A stretch of DNA of 63,980 nucleotides, from NCBI GenBank assembly GCA_002811645.1, contig PDIP01000130.1:77889-141868 (forward strand), given 5' to 3'. The notes under the pieces were generated by a model. That model was not told where the DNA came from. It made no database searches and was given only the letters and a program-made list of their open reading frames with translations. The DNA comes from Corallochytrium limacisporum Hawaii. Taxonomy: Eukaryota > Protista > Pluriformea. Of the stretch, positions 22,415 through 31,800 are shown piece after piece; positions within the stretch are counted from its first letter, which is position 1, and each line of letters opens with the position of its first letter. The translations under genes were made by a program, and so were the position numbers.

Positions 22415-24820
22415 ATGGCAGCCAAAGAAGCGCTCGGAGGTGGTGTAGAAGACAGATATGTGAGTGGGGATGCAACTGTGGTGGACATGACCCAGCACGG
22501 GCTCGAAGAGTTTCCGGACCTCGTCAATGGACCATGTGTCAGGCAATTGTTCCTGGACCACAACAACATTACTCGATTTAGCCGCCTGCATCTGCTCAAG
22601 AACCTCGTGGAACTTCATCTGCCAAGTAACCGATTAATCTCCCTGGAGGGCCTGCTGGCACTGCCCAAGCTACAGGTGCTCAATCTGCAAGGAAATTCCC
22701 TGCTCAGCACCGAGGGCATTGACCAGCTAAGCAACCTTCGGCATCTTAACCTGTCCCACAACGGCCTCCAGCAGGTCGTTGACTTGAGCAAGTTGGTGAA
22801 ACTGAGCGTGCTCCAGCTGAGCCACAATTATTTACACGATTTGCCCCAATGCTCTTCGATGGTGCGTCTGGAACGTCTGCACTTGGGACACAACTCCCTC
22901 ACCAGTCTGGAGGATACGTCCCGCGCACTGCCGCCGTCCTTGCAGTGGCTCAGCATCGAGACCAATCCCCTCGCGGACATTACGCAATTGTACTTTTTGA
23001 GTTATTTGCCTGATCTCCAGGTCGTCAACATTGAGGGCACACCAATGATTGCGGACTGTTTGGACCTCGCGCTCGACTACAGACCGTTTGTGGCATACTG
23101 GTGCCCGAAACTGGAGTACCTGGACGGCCTGCCGTCGGAGACGAGTGTGGAGGAGGGCCAAATCATCAGCCACTGGCCCATCAAAATCGGCGACCACGAC
23201 AAGACCCTGAACCTCATGAAACAACATTTCACAACCATCAACACCGCTTCAGGGGTGTCCGACGATGGGCAGGAGCACCCAATCGAGGCGCACCAGCGCC
23301 TGAACCGTGTACGTAAAGACATGCAGCGTGACATGGCTGATTGGAACAGTCGCCTCGGCGAGCTCCTGTCCTGGGAGACCACGCCACAGCCGCACCTCCG
23401 TAGTGTTGCCTCCGAGATCAGCAGGGTTCCGGACCACGAAAGCGAACAGCAGAACCATCCAATGTCTGCTCAGCCTGCCGTGCCTGGCGCACCAATGGTG
23501 CCGTCCGTAAGCCACAACAACTCGACGTTTATCACAGAAATGCTCGACATCAATGCAAGTGAGGACAACCATCAGTTCGCATCGGACGTGCAGGTGCACA
23601 ACGGAAGTTCGGCAAGCACTGGTCTGCCCGCCGAAAGCGAATTTGTGCTGTACGGTGACCACCTCTTCCGCAGCCTCTCCCCCGTGCGAGGCGCCAGTGG
23701 TCCCGCTGCCTCGGATCCGCACTATTTGTACACAGCCAGCAATCCCGAAGGCGCCGGAGACACCGCAACTGGCGGGCGCCAAGCACGGCCCCAGACGGCG
23801 CCCCTGGACGTGAGTAGTGGCCACCACACGGTCCTGCCTGCACTGCCACAAGTGCCTCAACGGTCTGCAAGTCCCCCCAGCGGCGTTGTTGTTGCTGTTG
23901 CTGACGCGAATGACGCCGTGGTCGAGCACTGGCGGCTACAGTGCAACCAACTGAGCAATGAGAACACGGAACTCCTAGAAACGAACCGATCACTGCGGGA
24001 GGAAGTAGCCCGTCTGCAGGCGACCCTGCTCGCTGGGGATGTGGAAAGCGATGGCCCAGTCGGCGACCAACGGCTGCAGCACGAGAACGCGACCCTGCGA
24101 GCTGACTCTGAGCGCATGGAACGTGCCCTGGAGAGTGTCGGGCGGAGATTAGTCGAGCTCAATTCGGTCAAGGAAAAGACCACCGCTGAGCTGGTTCGCG
24201 TGCGTGAGCGCTGTGCGGAGCTGGTGCGCAGTGAAATGCGCCTTAACGATCGTGTCACGGATCTCCAGCGTCGACTGGACCAAGAGATTCACCGCAATGC
24301 GCAGCTGACGTCGCCGAAAGTCAAGGATGGAAGTGCTGCAGCTGGTGCCGCAGCCGTCAGCGGCAGTCCAATGGCCGCCATGAACATTAGCGCCAGTGGT
24401 CAGTCACCGGCCATTGACCGACCCAAGGGCATCACCAGTGCCATGACCACCGGTGCCAAAGAAGAGCCACTGGAACAACTTGCCGAATCTGGTGACCAGA
24501 CGGCATTGATGCATCTGATCCTACAGATGAACCACAAACTCAAGACCATGGAAACCATCAGCAGCAGCACCGCGCAGGTCGCGTCCTCCGATGATGGTGG
24601 GTCATCCGTGGAGGTGGCCTCCTCGCCACCCCGGATCGGCGTTGCGCTACCGGGTCAAGTATCAACCCCAGATCTTCAGCGTGTAGAGGAGGCGCGGGAA
24701 CAGTCTCCTGTGCGCCTGCCGCGGACGCAGTCAACCTCGCCGACACGGCCTTCCCGCACATCGTCCTCCTCCCCTCCGCCATCCATCGATCCCTCGCTTC
24801 CAAAGGAATGCCAGGCTTGA
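22415..24820 (+). CDS. CEP97: LRR + coiled-coil centriolar protein, CEP97-like (801 aa)
   Basis: N-terminal SDS22-like LRRs, then DYRPFVAYWCPKLEYLDG, which resembles the CEP97 LRR cap as recalled (DYRPYIVSWCLNLRVLDG). C-terminal coiled coil. AATAAA at 24842. Confidence 0.75.
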   Translation: MAAKEALGGGVEDRYVSGDATVVDMTQHGLEEFPDLVNGPCVRQLFLDHNNITRFSRLHLLKNLVELHLPSNRLISLEGLLALPKLQVLNLQGNSLLSTEGIDQLSNLRHLNLSHNGLQQVVDLSKLVKLSVLQLSHNYLHDLPQCSSMVRLERLHLGHNSLTSLEDTSRALPPSLQWLSIETNPLADITQLYFLSYLPDLQVVNIEGTPMIADCLDLALDYRPFVAYWCPKLEYLDGLPSETSVEEGQIISHWPIKIGDHDKTLNLMKQHFTTINTASGVSDDGQEHPIEAHQRLNRVRKDMQRDMADWNSRLGELLSWETTPQPHLRSVASEISRVPDHESEQQNHPMSAQPAVPGAPMVPSVSHNNSTFITEMLDINASEDNHQFASDVQVHNGSSASTGLPAESEFVLYGDHLFRSLSPVRGASGPAASDPHYLYTASNPEGAGDTATGGRQARPQTAPLDVSSGHHTVLPALPQVPQRSASPPSGVVVAVADANDAVVEHWRLQCNQLSNENTELLETNRSLREEVARLQATLLAGDVESDGPVGDQRLQHENATLRADSERMERALESVGRRLVELNSVKEKTTAELVRVRERCAELVRSEMRLNDRVTDLQRRLDQEIHRNAQLTSPKVKDGSAAAGAAAVSGSPMAAMNISASGQSPAIDRPKGITSAMTTGAKEEPLEQLAESGDQTALMHLILQMNHKLKTMETISSSTAQVASSDDGGSSVEVASSPPRIGVALPGQVSTPDLQRVEEAREQSPVRLPRTQSTSPTRPSRTSSSSPPPSIDPSLPKECQA

Positions 24821-25626
24821 TATGCCATTCTCGCAAATCACAATAAAGAAATTATACAGTCACTTGCACACACACACACACACAAATGTGAGGACACGGT
24901 AGTAGTTTTGCCTGCGTAACAGCACAATTCAAGAGAACCCGTTTGCAACTTCGTTCCCCCCTCCTTCCCCATCGACACCTCTATTTGTACTGCCACGTGC
25001 TGCCCTCTCCGTAATCCACGTCACACTTGCCGCCGGCCTTTACGCCGAGAGCGACGGCGGGAATGAGAGGTTTCAAACCGTGAACGAAGGTGAGTGGGGT
25101 TCGAAGGGTTATGAGGGTGCACAAAGGAAGGGTAGAGTGCCGTGAGTTGGGAAATTTAACCCCTTTTTTTCTTCTCTTCGCGCATGAACATTAATGCACA
25201 GCCCGGCCGCTAGCATCAGCACGTCACGCTCCGACTCTCCTTCTATCCGCTTCCGAGTGGTGTCTCTCTCCAACCTGCGAGCTGTCCCAGTGTGGTTGGT
25301 GGTACTAGTCTTGGATTGGCCATGCACGGCAAGGGGTTACGTTTCGCAACGCGAACCACCGTCCGCTCAGCTGACCGAAAGGGACAAAGAGATCGAGACC
25401 ACCGGCACGGCACACCACCCAACCCCAAACCCCGCCACCACTTTTCCCTCTGCGCCCCTTGCAACCTGGGAGAGTGGTGGAGGGGGGGGGCCGGAATATC
25501 GGCCGTGGTTGGCGTTTCGTGCCAGGGGCGTGGGGGGGGGGCCTTCACTGGGAGCGCAGGGGTCTCTCGTTAATTTTTTTTTTTTCTCTTTCGGCTCTCT
25601 CTCCCCCCTTTCGGCTTCTGGAACGA

Positions 25627-25677
25627 CTCTCTCTCTCTCCCTGTCTCTTTCTCTCTCTCGCTCTCTCTCTCTCTCTC
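25627..25677. repeat. Imperfect (CT)n microsatellite
   Basis: Directly visible. Confidence 0.85.
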
Positions 25678-26196
25678 ACCTTTTCCCTGGGCTGCTTTGG
25701 GGGTGGAGTGGTTTTAGTAGAGAAGGACTACGAGCGAGACGACTCTTTGGCCCCCCCTCCCCGCCTTTGCTGCTGCCTGCTGTTGCTCCCCAAATAACAA
25801 CAAAAAAGAAAGTTAAAGGGCCATTGGGACACGTAGGCAAACCGGGAAAGAGGGAAGGTGAGTGACGGCGAGAAGGCCCCCCCCGGGGGGGGGGACTCTC
25901 CGGCGGTAGGGGGCCTCCCATCCGTTCCAACAGACAGCGCACATCATCCTTTTGGGCAGCAGAGAGTGCACGACGGTGGCACACAAGGGCAACCAGAGTC
26001 TCCGGTGTTTACAGCGCATACATAACGAAAGTACGGAAATGTTAATGACGGCTATTTCAAACAGAAGATCACCCTGAGATCTGTTGCTACAACATGCACA
26101 CAAGAGTCGTTCACCGGAGATACACGTCATGAGAAAAAACATGACCTTAAAGAATTAGTGAACTGTAGATTCAAGATTTTTACATCCTAGCCAACC

Positions 26197-29100
26197 ATGG
26201 GTATAGCCAATAGTCCCGTGACGGTACAGTCCAAGAGTGTGACGAAGCTCACACTCTACCGCATGCGACAGCCCTATGAACGCCTGGACTTTGTGCTCTT
26301 TGCCGTGGCGTACGGCGTGGCGTTTAAGATGTGCTACGATACATTCGGTGATCCGTACCGTGAAGCCATGGCAGAGCTTGCACGGCGTGAGGAGGCTGGT
26401 GAATTCGGCGCTGATGTGACTGAAGCTGAATACGAGGAACTGCTGGCCGAGATCCCGGACTGGTTCATGCCGGGATTCTGGGCCAATTTTGTCCTCTGTG
26501 TGACCATAATTGTTCACGCCATTAGCCAGCTAGCGAAGGAATGGGACATGGGCTACAAGGCCTGGCTGCTTGGTTTGCCTACACAGTCCCTGGACACTGC
26601 CACGCACATTCTGGCTACTCCACGGGAGCACCGGGGCAAGGCTGATTTGGTCCCGCTTGATCGGGTCAAGAGCCTAAACGCCAAAAGCGGCCAAGTTTGC
26701 CGCTTTGAGTTCCAAAAACGGATTTACGTGGCGGACGTGAAGAGCGGGGAGCATGCCTTCCACAAAATTAGTGCACCCATGCAGGAGACCATTGCACACT
26801 ATGCTGGCAATGCCAAAGGCATTCCGTCCGATGTGGAAATGCGTAAGCTGATGGAGCTGTACGGACACAATCGCTTCGAGATTCCCATTCCGACATTCTG
26901 GGACATGTACCAGCAGCAAATCCGGTCACCATTCTTCTGCTTCCAGATTCTGTGCATTCTGCTTTGGGCCATGGAAGAGTACTGGCAGTACTCGCTTTTC
27001 TCCCTGTGTCTGCTGTGTGGTTTCGAGGCCACAACGGTCAAGACGCGACAACTAAATCTGCAAAAATTGCGTGGCATGGGCAACCCGGCCCGTCCAGTGC
27101 TAGTGCGCCGTCAGGGCCGCTGGCGTAAGGTAAGCAACGAAGATCTCGTACCGGGTGACATTCTGGCGCTTGAGGGGGGCCGCCCGGGCGACGAAGCCAC
27201 TGTTCCGTGCGATTGTCTGTTGCTGCGCGGTGTTGCTGTTGTGAACGAAGCGACCCTTACTGGTGAGAGTGTGCCACAGATGAAGGAGGCGGCAAAGAAG
27301 GAAGATCAGACCACTTTGGACGTTAAGAACAAGCACAAGTTGCACATTCTGTTCGGTGGCACCACGTTGATGGAGGCCAAGGCGAAGAGTCACAACCTGG
27401 AGGACGGGGACAACGAGGCAGCAAAGCAGCAGGATGTATTCGATGGGCTGAATGTGGATGCTATGATGGGCCGCCAGATTAACCGTGCCGAGGTGTGCAT
27501 CGTGTATGTCCTGCGCACGGGCTTCAGCTCCAGCCAAGGCAAACTGGTGCGTCGCATTGAGTATTCGACTGACCGCAAGATTAGCGACAATCAGCAGAGT
27601 CTGTACCTGATTCTGTTTTTGCTGATCTTTGCCGTATTCTCTGCCGGTTACGTTCTGTTCAAGGGTCTAGAGGACGAGACACGCACGCGCTTTGAGCTGC
27701 TGAGGCACTGTATCCTGATTATCACCAACGTAGTGCCCCCGGATTTGCCCATGCAGCTCACTTTAGCGGTGAATTTAAGTCTTGCAGCTTTGATGAAGAT
27801 TATGGTTTACTGCATTGAACCGTTCCGGATCCCCATTGCCGGCCGCGTTAAGGTTCTCTGCTTTGACAAGACCGGTACAATTACCACTGACCAACTGGTG
27901 GCAGCCGGCATTGTCACGCACAGCGGCACCCCTGGTGGTGCTGCCAAGAAGCAGGAAAAGGACGACTCAGGTCTGCCAAAGATGCAGCACATGGATCAAA
28001 TCAATTGGGAATCTACGGCCGTCCTCGCCGGTTGCCACTCTCTGGTGCCGGTAGACGGAAAATTGCTGGGTGATCCGCTCGAGGTGGCAGCCATGGATGC
28101 GCTGAACTGGTACTTCGACGCCCGCCTGGAGACCGGCTTTGCGCGCCCGCCCAAGACGGTACCTGCTGGCTCCGCGGCTGCCGCGTCTAAGAGTGTGACT
28201 GCAACCCCTGCATCCGGCAGCAATGGACCGGCAGCCGTCGTTCCCGGCATGCCCCAAAAGCCTGCCACCACTACAATCGAAGCACCATTCGCCAATGGTA
28301 GCGTCAAAGTGCTCAAGCGCCATCACTTTAGCAGTGCCCTCCAGCGTATGAGTGTGGTGGCCCGCGTAAACAAGAATGGTGGTGGCCAGAAAGGCTCTTC
28401 GAGCAGTAGTGGTGCCAATTGGGAGAACTGGGTCCTGGCCAAGGGGTCAGCAGAAGCCATTAAACGCCACTGCCACCCAGATCATGGGGTGCCAGAATGG
28501 TACGGTGATGTCGAACAGAAGCTGGCCAAGGATGGCATGCGCATTATCGCACTCGCCTATCGCAAGATCGGTAACAACCAGGACGTCAGCAAGTGCATCG
28601 AGGACCGTGAGACTGCAGAGAAGGACTTAGTCTTTTGTGGTTTCATTGCCTTCAACTGCCTGCTGCGGAAAGACAGTGCCCGAATTCTTCGCAATCTGAA
28701 GAACTCTAGCCACGACATCTTGATGATTACCGGTGATGCTGTCCTGACCGCTGCACACGTGGCTGGACAGGTCGGCATCGTCTCCGGTGATCGCAAGAAA
28801 GTCGTTATGCTCAGTAAGGATGCCGGAGGCCAGATGAAGTGGACAAACCTGGAGACGGGTGCTGTGGAGGCTGACTTGGCCAGTGGAAGCATCGCTAAAC
28901 TTACAGAGGAACGGGACATGAAGCTGTGCATGCCGGGTTTCCTTCTAGACGAAGCCTGGGAGCGCAACACTGAGGAAGTCGAGGAAAACCTAGAGAAAAT
29001 CAACGTGTATGCGCGCATGACTCCGGAACAGAAGGAGAAAGTCATCACCACACTCAACGGCCGTGGCCTCTGCACGCTGATGTGCGGTGACGGTACCAAT

Positions 29101-30615
29101 GACGTCGGTGCCCTACGCCAGGCGGACGTTGGTGTAGCTCTGCTCAGTGGTTTCGGTTCATCCAACGCTGGGCAGGCCGACGACATCCTCGCCGAGGCCG
29201 AAAAGCTTGACCGAGAGGAGGAAGAAGGCGTCACCGCCAGTCCGGCAGCGGGTGCTGAAGATGCGGAAGCTAAGGCTTTGGCCACAGCTGCGGCCCGTGA
29301 CGCGTACTTGAACGACCCGAACCTGACCAAGGAACAGCGTGCAGCGCGGCGCAAGACATTGGAGCAAAGGGAGGAAATTGCACGAGAGACAGCCATTCGA
29401 AAGGCACGCGGTGAGTGGTTCCCGTCGGCTAAGGCCGCCGTGGCCGTTGCGCAGCGCGAAATGGAGAGGAAGCAGAAGGAGCAGCAGGAGGCCCAACGCA
29501 AGCGTGCTGAGGCACAGCGAAATGGTGGTACCGTTGCCGATGCTGCGGCCAAGAAGAAAGATGGTCCCAAGAAAGAGCCTCAGAGCATTTCTGAGATCTG
29601 GGAGCAGCTGCAGCAGCAACAGGAGGAAGGCGGTGATGCTCAAGGTGAGGTGCAGATGGTCAAGCCCGGTGATGCGTCCAACGCAGCTCCGTTCACATCC
29701 AAGCTGCCATCAATTCGCTCCGTTGAAGATATCATTCGCCAGGGCCGCACAACGCTCATGACCACTCTGCAGACCTATCAGATTCTTGCCCTCCAGTGCC
29801 TCGTGTCCAGTTATTCGCTGAGTGTGTTGTACTTGGATGGTGTTAAGTATGGTGACCGGCAGATGACTATTCTGGCTCTGCTCATGTCCGTCAGCTTCTT
29901 CATGATTTCCCGTGGCAAACCGCTGCGCAAGCTCTCCAAGCTGCGTCCCCCGACCTCTATCTTTGAGCCCGGTCTGTTTCTGTCGCTGCTCGGTCAGTTT
30001 GCCGTGCACTTGGGCTCGATGATGTACGCCAAAAACATGGTCTATGTACATCTCCCCGAGGATTGGAAGCCGGACATTGAGGGCAAGTTCCAGGAGAATT
30101 TAATCAACACGGTGATCTTCCTGGTCACTGCTGTGCAACAGGTCGGCGTCTTTGCGGTCAATTACAAGGGACACCCGTTCATGCAGGGCGTCATGGAGAA
30201 CACAGCGTTCTTCCAGAGCCTGATGATCACTGCCGCACTGGCCATTACCTGTGCTGCAGAACTGATCCCGGCCCTGAACTACTTTATGCAGTTGGTTCCG
30301 CTGCCGGACAATGAATTCCGTCGCACCCTACTCTCTGTGCTGGTCTTTGACTTCGTCGGTGCTTTCGCATGGGACCGTCTGATGATGTTCACCTTCTTGC
30401 CGGAGATGTTCAAAGCCGGAATACCAACCCTGCAGGACCTGAGACCAATCGTACGTTTCGTCTTCTGGGCTGGTCTCATTGTCTACATGAATCTAGGAAT
30501 GTCTGCGGACACCATCAAGGATGCCCTCGAGGAGTATGAGCGACAGCTCGAAGCCCAAGTCAATGCCACCAATCAAGTCTTACCCGAAGATGTCGTCAAC
30601 GAAGACTTCTTCTAA
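26197..30615 (+). CDS. ATP13A1: P5A-type P-type ATPase (ATP13A1/Spf1 family), 1472 aa
   Basis: LTGESVPQMKE, VVPPDLPM (P5A PP[E/D]LP), CFDKTGT phosphorylation motif, MITGD, MCGDGTNDVGAL, GDAS.AAPFTSK, IIRQGR. Confidence 0.95.
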   Translation: MGIANSPVTVQSKSVTKLTLYRMRQPYERLDFVLFAVAYGVAFKMCYDTFGDPYREAMAELARREEAGEFGADVTEAEYEELLAEIPDWFMPGFWANFVLCVTIIVHAISQLAKEWDMGYKAWLLGLPTQSLDTATHILATPREHRGKADLVPLDRVKSLNAKSGQVCRFEFQKRIYVADVKSGEHAFHKISAPMQETIAHYAGNAKGIPSDVEMRKLMELYGHNRFEIPIPTFWDMYQQQIRSPFFCFQILCILLWAMEEYWQYSLFSLCLLCGFEATTVKTRQLNLQKLRGMGNPARPVLVRRQGRWRKVSNEDLVPGDILALEGGRPGDEATVPCDCLLLRGVAVVNEATLTGESVPQMKEAAKKEDQTTLDVKNKHKLHILFGGTTLMEAKAKSHNLEDGDNEAAKQQDVFDGLNVDAMMGRQINRAEVCIVYVLRTGFSSSQGKLVRRIEYSTDRKISDNQQSLYLILFLLIFAVFSAGYVLFKGLEDETRTRFELLRHCILIITNVVPPDLPMQLTLAVNLSLAALMKIMVYCIEPFRIPIAGRVKVLCFDKTGTITTDQLVAAGIVTHSGTPGGAAKKQEKDDSGLPKMQHMDQINWESTAVLAGCHSLVPVDGKLLGDPLEVAAMDALNWYFDARLETGFARPPKTVPAGSAAAASKSVTATPASGSNGPAAVVPGMPQKPATTTIEAPFANGSVKVLKRHHFSSALQRMSVVARVNKNGGGQKGSSSSSGANWENWVLAKGSAEAIKRHCHPDHGVPEWYGDVEQKLAKDGMRIIALAYRKIGNNQDVSKCIEDRETAEKDLVFCGFIAFNCLLRKDSARILRNLKNSSHDILMITGDAVLTAAHVAGQVGIVSGDRKKVVMLSKDAGGQMKWTNLETGAVEADLASGSIAKLTEERDMKLCMPGFLLDEAWERNTEEVEENLEKINVYARMTPEQKEKVITTLNGRGLCTLMCGDGTNDVGALRQADVGVALLSGFGSSNAGQADDILAEAEKLDREEEEGVTASPAAGAEDAEAKALATAAARDAYLNDPNLTKEQRAARRKTLEQREEIARETAIRKARGEWFPSAKAAVAVAQREMERKQKEQQEAQRKRAEAQRNGGTVADAAAKKKDGPKKEPQSISEIWEQLQQQQEEGGDAQGEVQMVKPGDASNAAPFTSKLPSIRSVEDIIRQGRTTLMTTLQTYQILALQCLVSSYSLSVLYLDGVKYGDRQMTILALLMSVSFFMISRGKPLRKLSKLRPPTSIFEPGLFLSLLGQFAVHLGSMMYAKNMVYVHLPEDWKPDIEGKFQENLINTVIFLVTAVQQVGVFAVNYKGHPFMQGVMENTAFFQSLMITAALAITCAAELIPALNYFMQLVPLPDNEFRRTLLSVLVFDFVGAFAWDRLMMFTFLPEMFKAGIPTLQDLRPIVRFVFWAGLIVYMNLGMSADTIKDALEEYERQLEAQVNATNQVLPEDVVNEDFF

Positions 30616-31157
30616 ACTCTTCTCGATCAACCTGACTTACAACAAAAGCACACCAAAAACTTCCATTAAAAAAATGCAGAAACTCCATCGTCAAATTCCC
30701 AACTGGTCACTCTGCCCATGAGAGGGTGCTCCGACCGTGCTCGCCTGTCCACTTGCCCCGTTCTCCTGGCCGTCCTCACGCACGGGTCGGTCACCGGATA
30801 TCCCCAATTAGGGGCGGGGAGGGCTTTTGGGGGCGTGTGTGTGAGAGGTCGGCAAAATTAAGAGGTTCAGGTGCGGAGAGGCCTGCGTGTGTGCCTGCGG
30901 GCCGGTGGCTTCGTGGTCGGTCATTTGGGTGCGAACGGTATTTTTGGGCTTCTACTGTTTTAATCCCTAGACGTGAAAGAGTAGTTATTTGCACTTTAGG
31001 AGATATTGGTGAACCCATTTATGGGAATTCTCATACACAAGCTAACGATAAACTCGACGTTTGCCAATCCGGGAGTATTTGTGCACTCGTGACCATAGTG
31101 TGCGTACTTGTGGCCTAGCCAAACAACAGCCTTGTCAATTTTATTAGATTCACAATC

Positions 31158-31700
31158 ATGGCTGCCACCACAGCGGAATCACTACACGAGCATGTTGGTG
31201 CTACAGTAAGCATTGTCCTGCAGAGCGGGGCCACCGTGAAGGGGGAAGTCCAGGCCGTGTCTAAAAAGCAAGGCGCCCTCACCCTGGTATCACCGGCCCC
31301 GAGTGGGAACACGGCCCGTCGGGCGGTGAACGTTATTGCCGTACCTTTTATCAAGGATATTACCATGGAAAAAGCTGCCGATCCTGCCAGCAAAGCACCA
31401 CTGGTTATGCCGGATCTGAATCTGGTCAAGAACAGAGAACGCCTGGCTCTCGAACAGGCTCGTAGTGTGGAGCAACGTGTGGGCAAAGGCGTTTCAACCG
31501 AGGGCCAAAAGATTTTCAACGCTCTCTATAAGACTCTGCCGACCCGCTGGGCCGGCGACAATATTGTTGTCATGGACGAAATTGTGGTACAAGCACCGTA
31601 CAAGCCAGAGAACGCGGTCAGTCCGCGCAATGACGCTGCTGCCTTAAGCCGGGTCCGCAAGATTCTGGAACACGAACGCAAGCGCCTGTTCGGTGAGTGA
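31158..31700 (+). CDS. LSM12: LSM12 (Sm-like + anticodon-binding AD domain), 180 aa
   Basis: N-terminal Sm-like fold, and GKGVSTEGQKIFNALYKTLPTRW...IVVMDEIVVQAPY..EN...AL.RVRKIL. Confidence 0.92.
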   Translation: MAATTAESLHEHVGATVSIVLQSGATVKGEVQAVSKKQGALTLVSPAPSGNTARRAVNVIAVPFIKDITMEKAADPASKAPLVMPDLNLVKNRERLALEQARSVEQRVGKGVSTEGQKIFNALYKTLPTRWAGDNIVVMDEIVVQAPYKPENAVSPRNDAAALSRVRKILEHERKRLFGE

Positions 31701-31800
31701 ATATGTGGAAGCATACAGATTATTAGCTAATATAGAAACAAAGAAAACATGACTGAAAACCTTGTAATGAATCGTTTTGATTTGGATGGTTGCGCACGAC

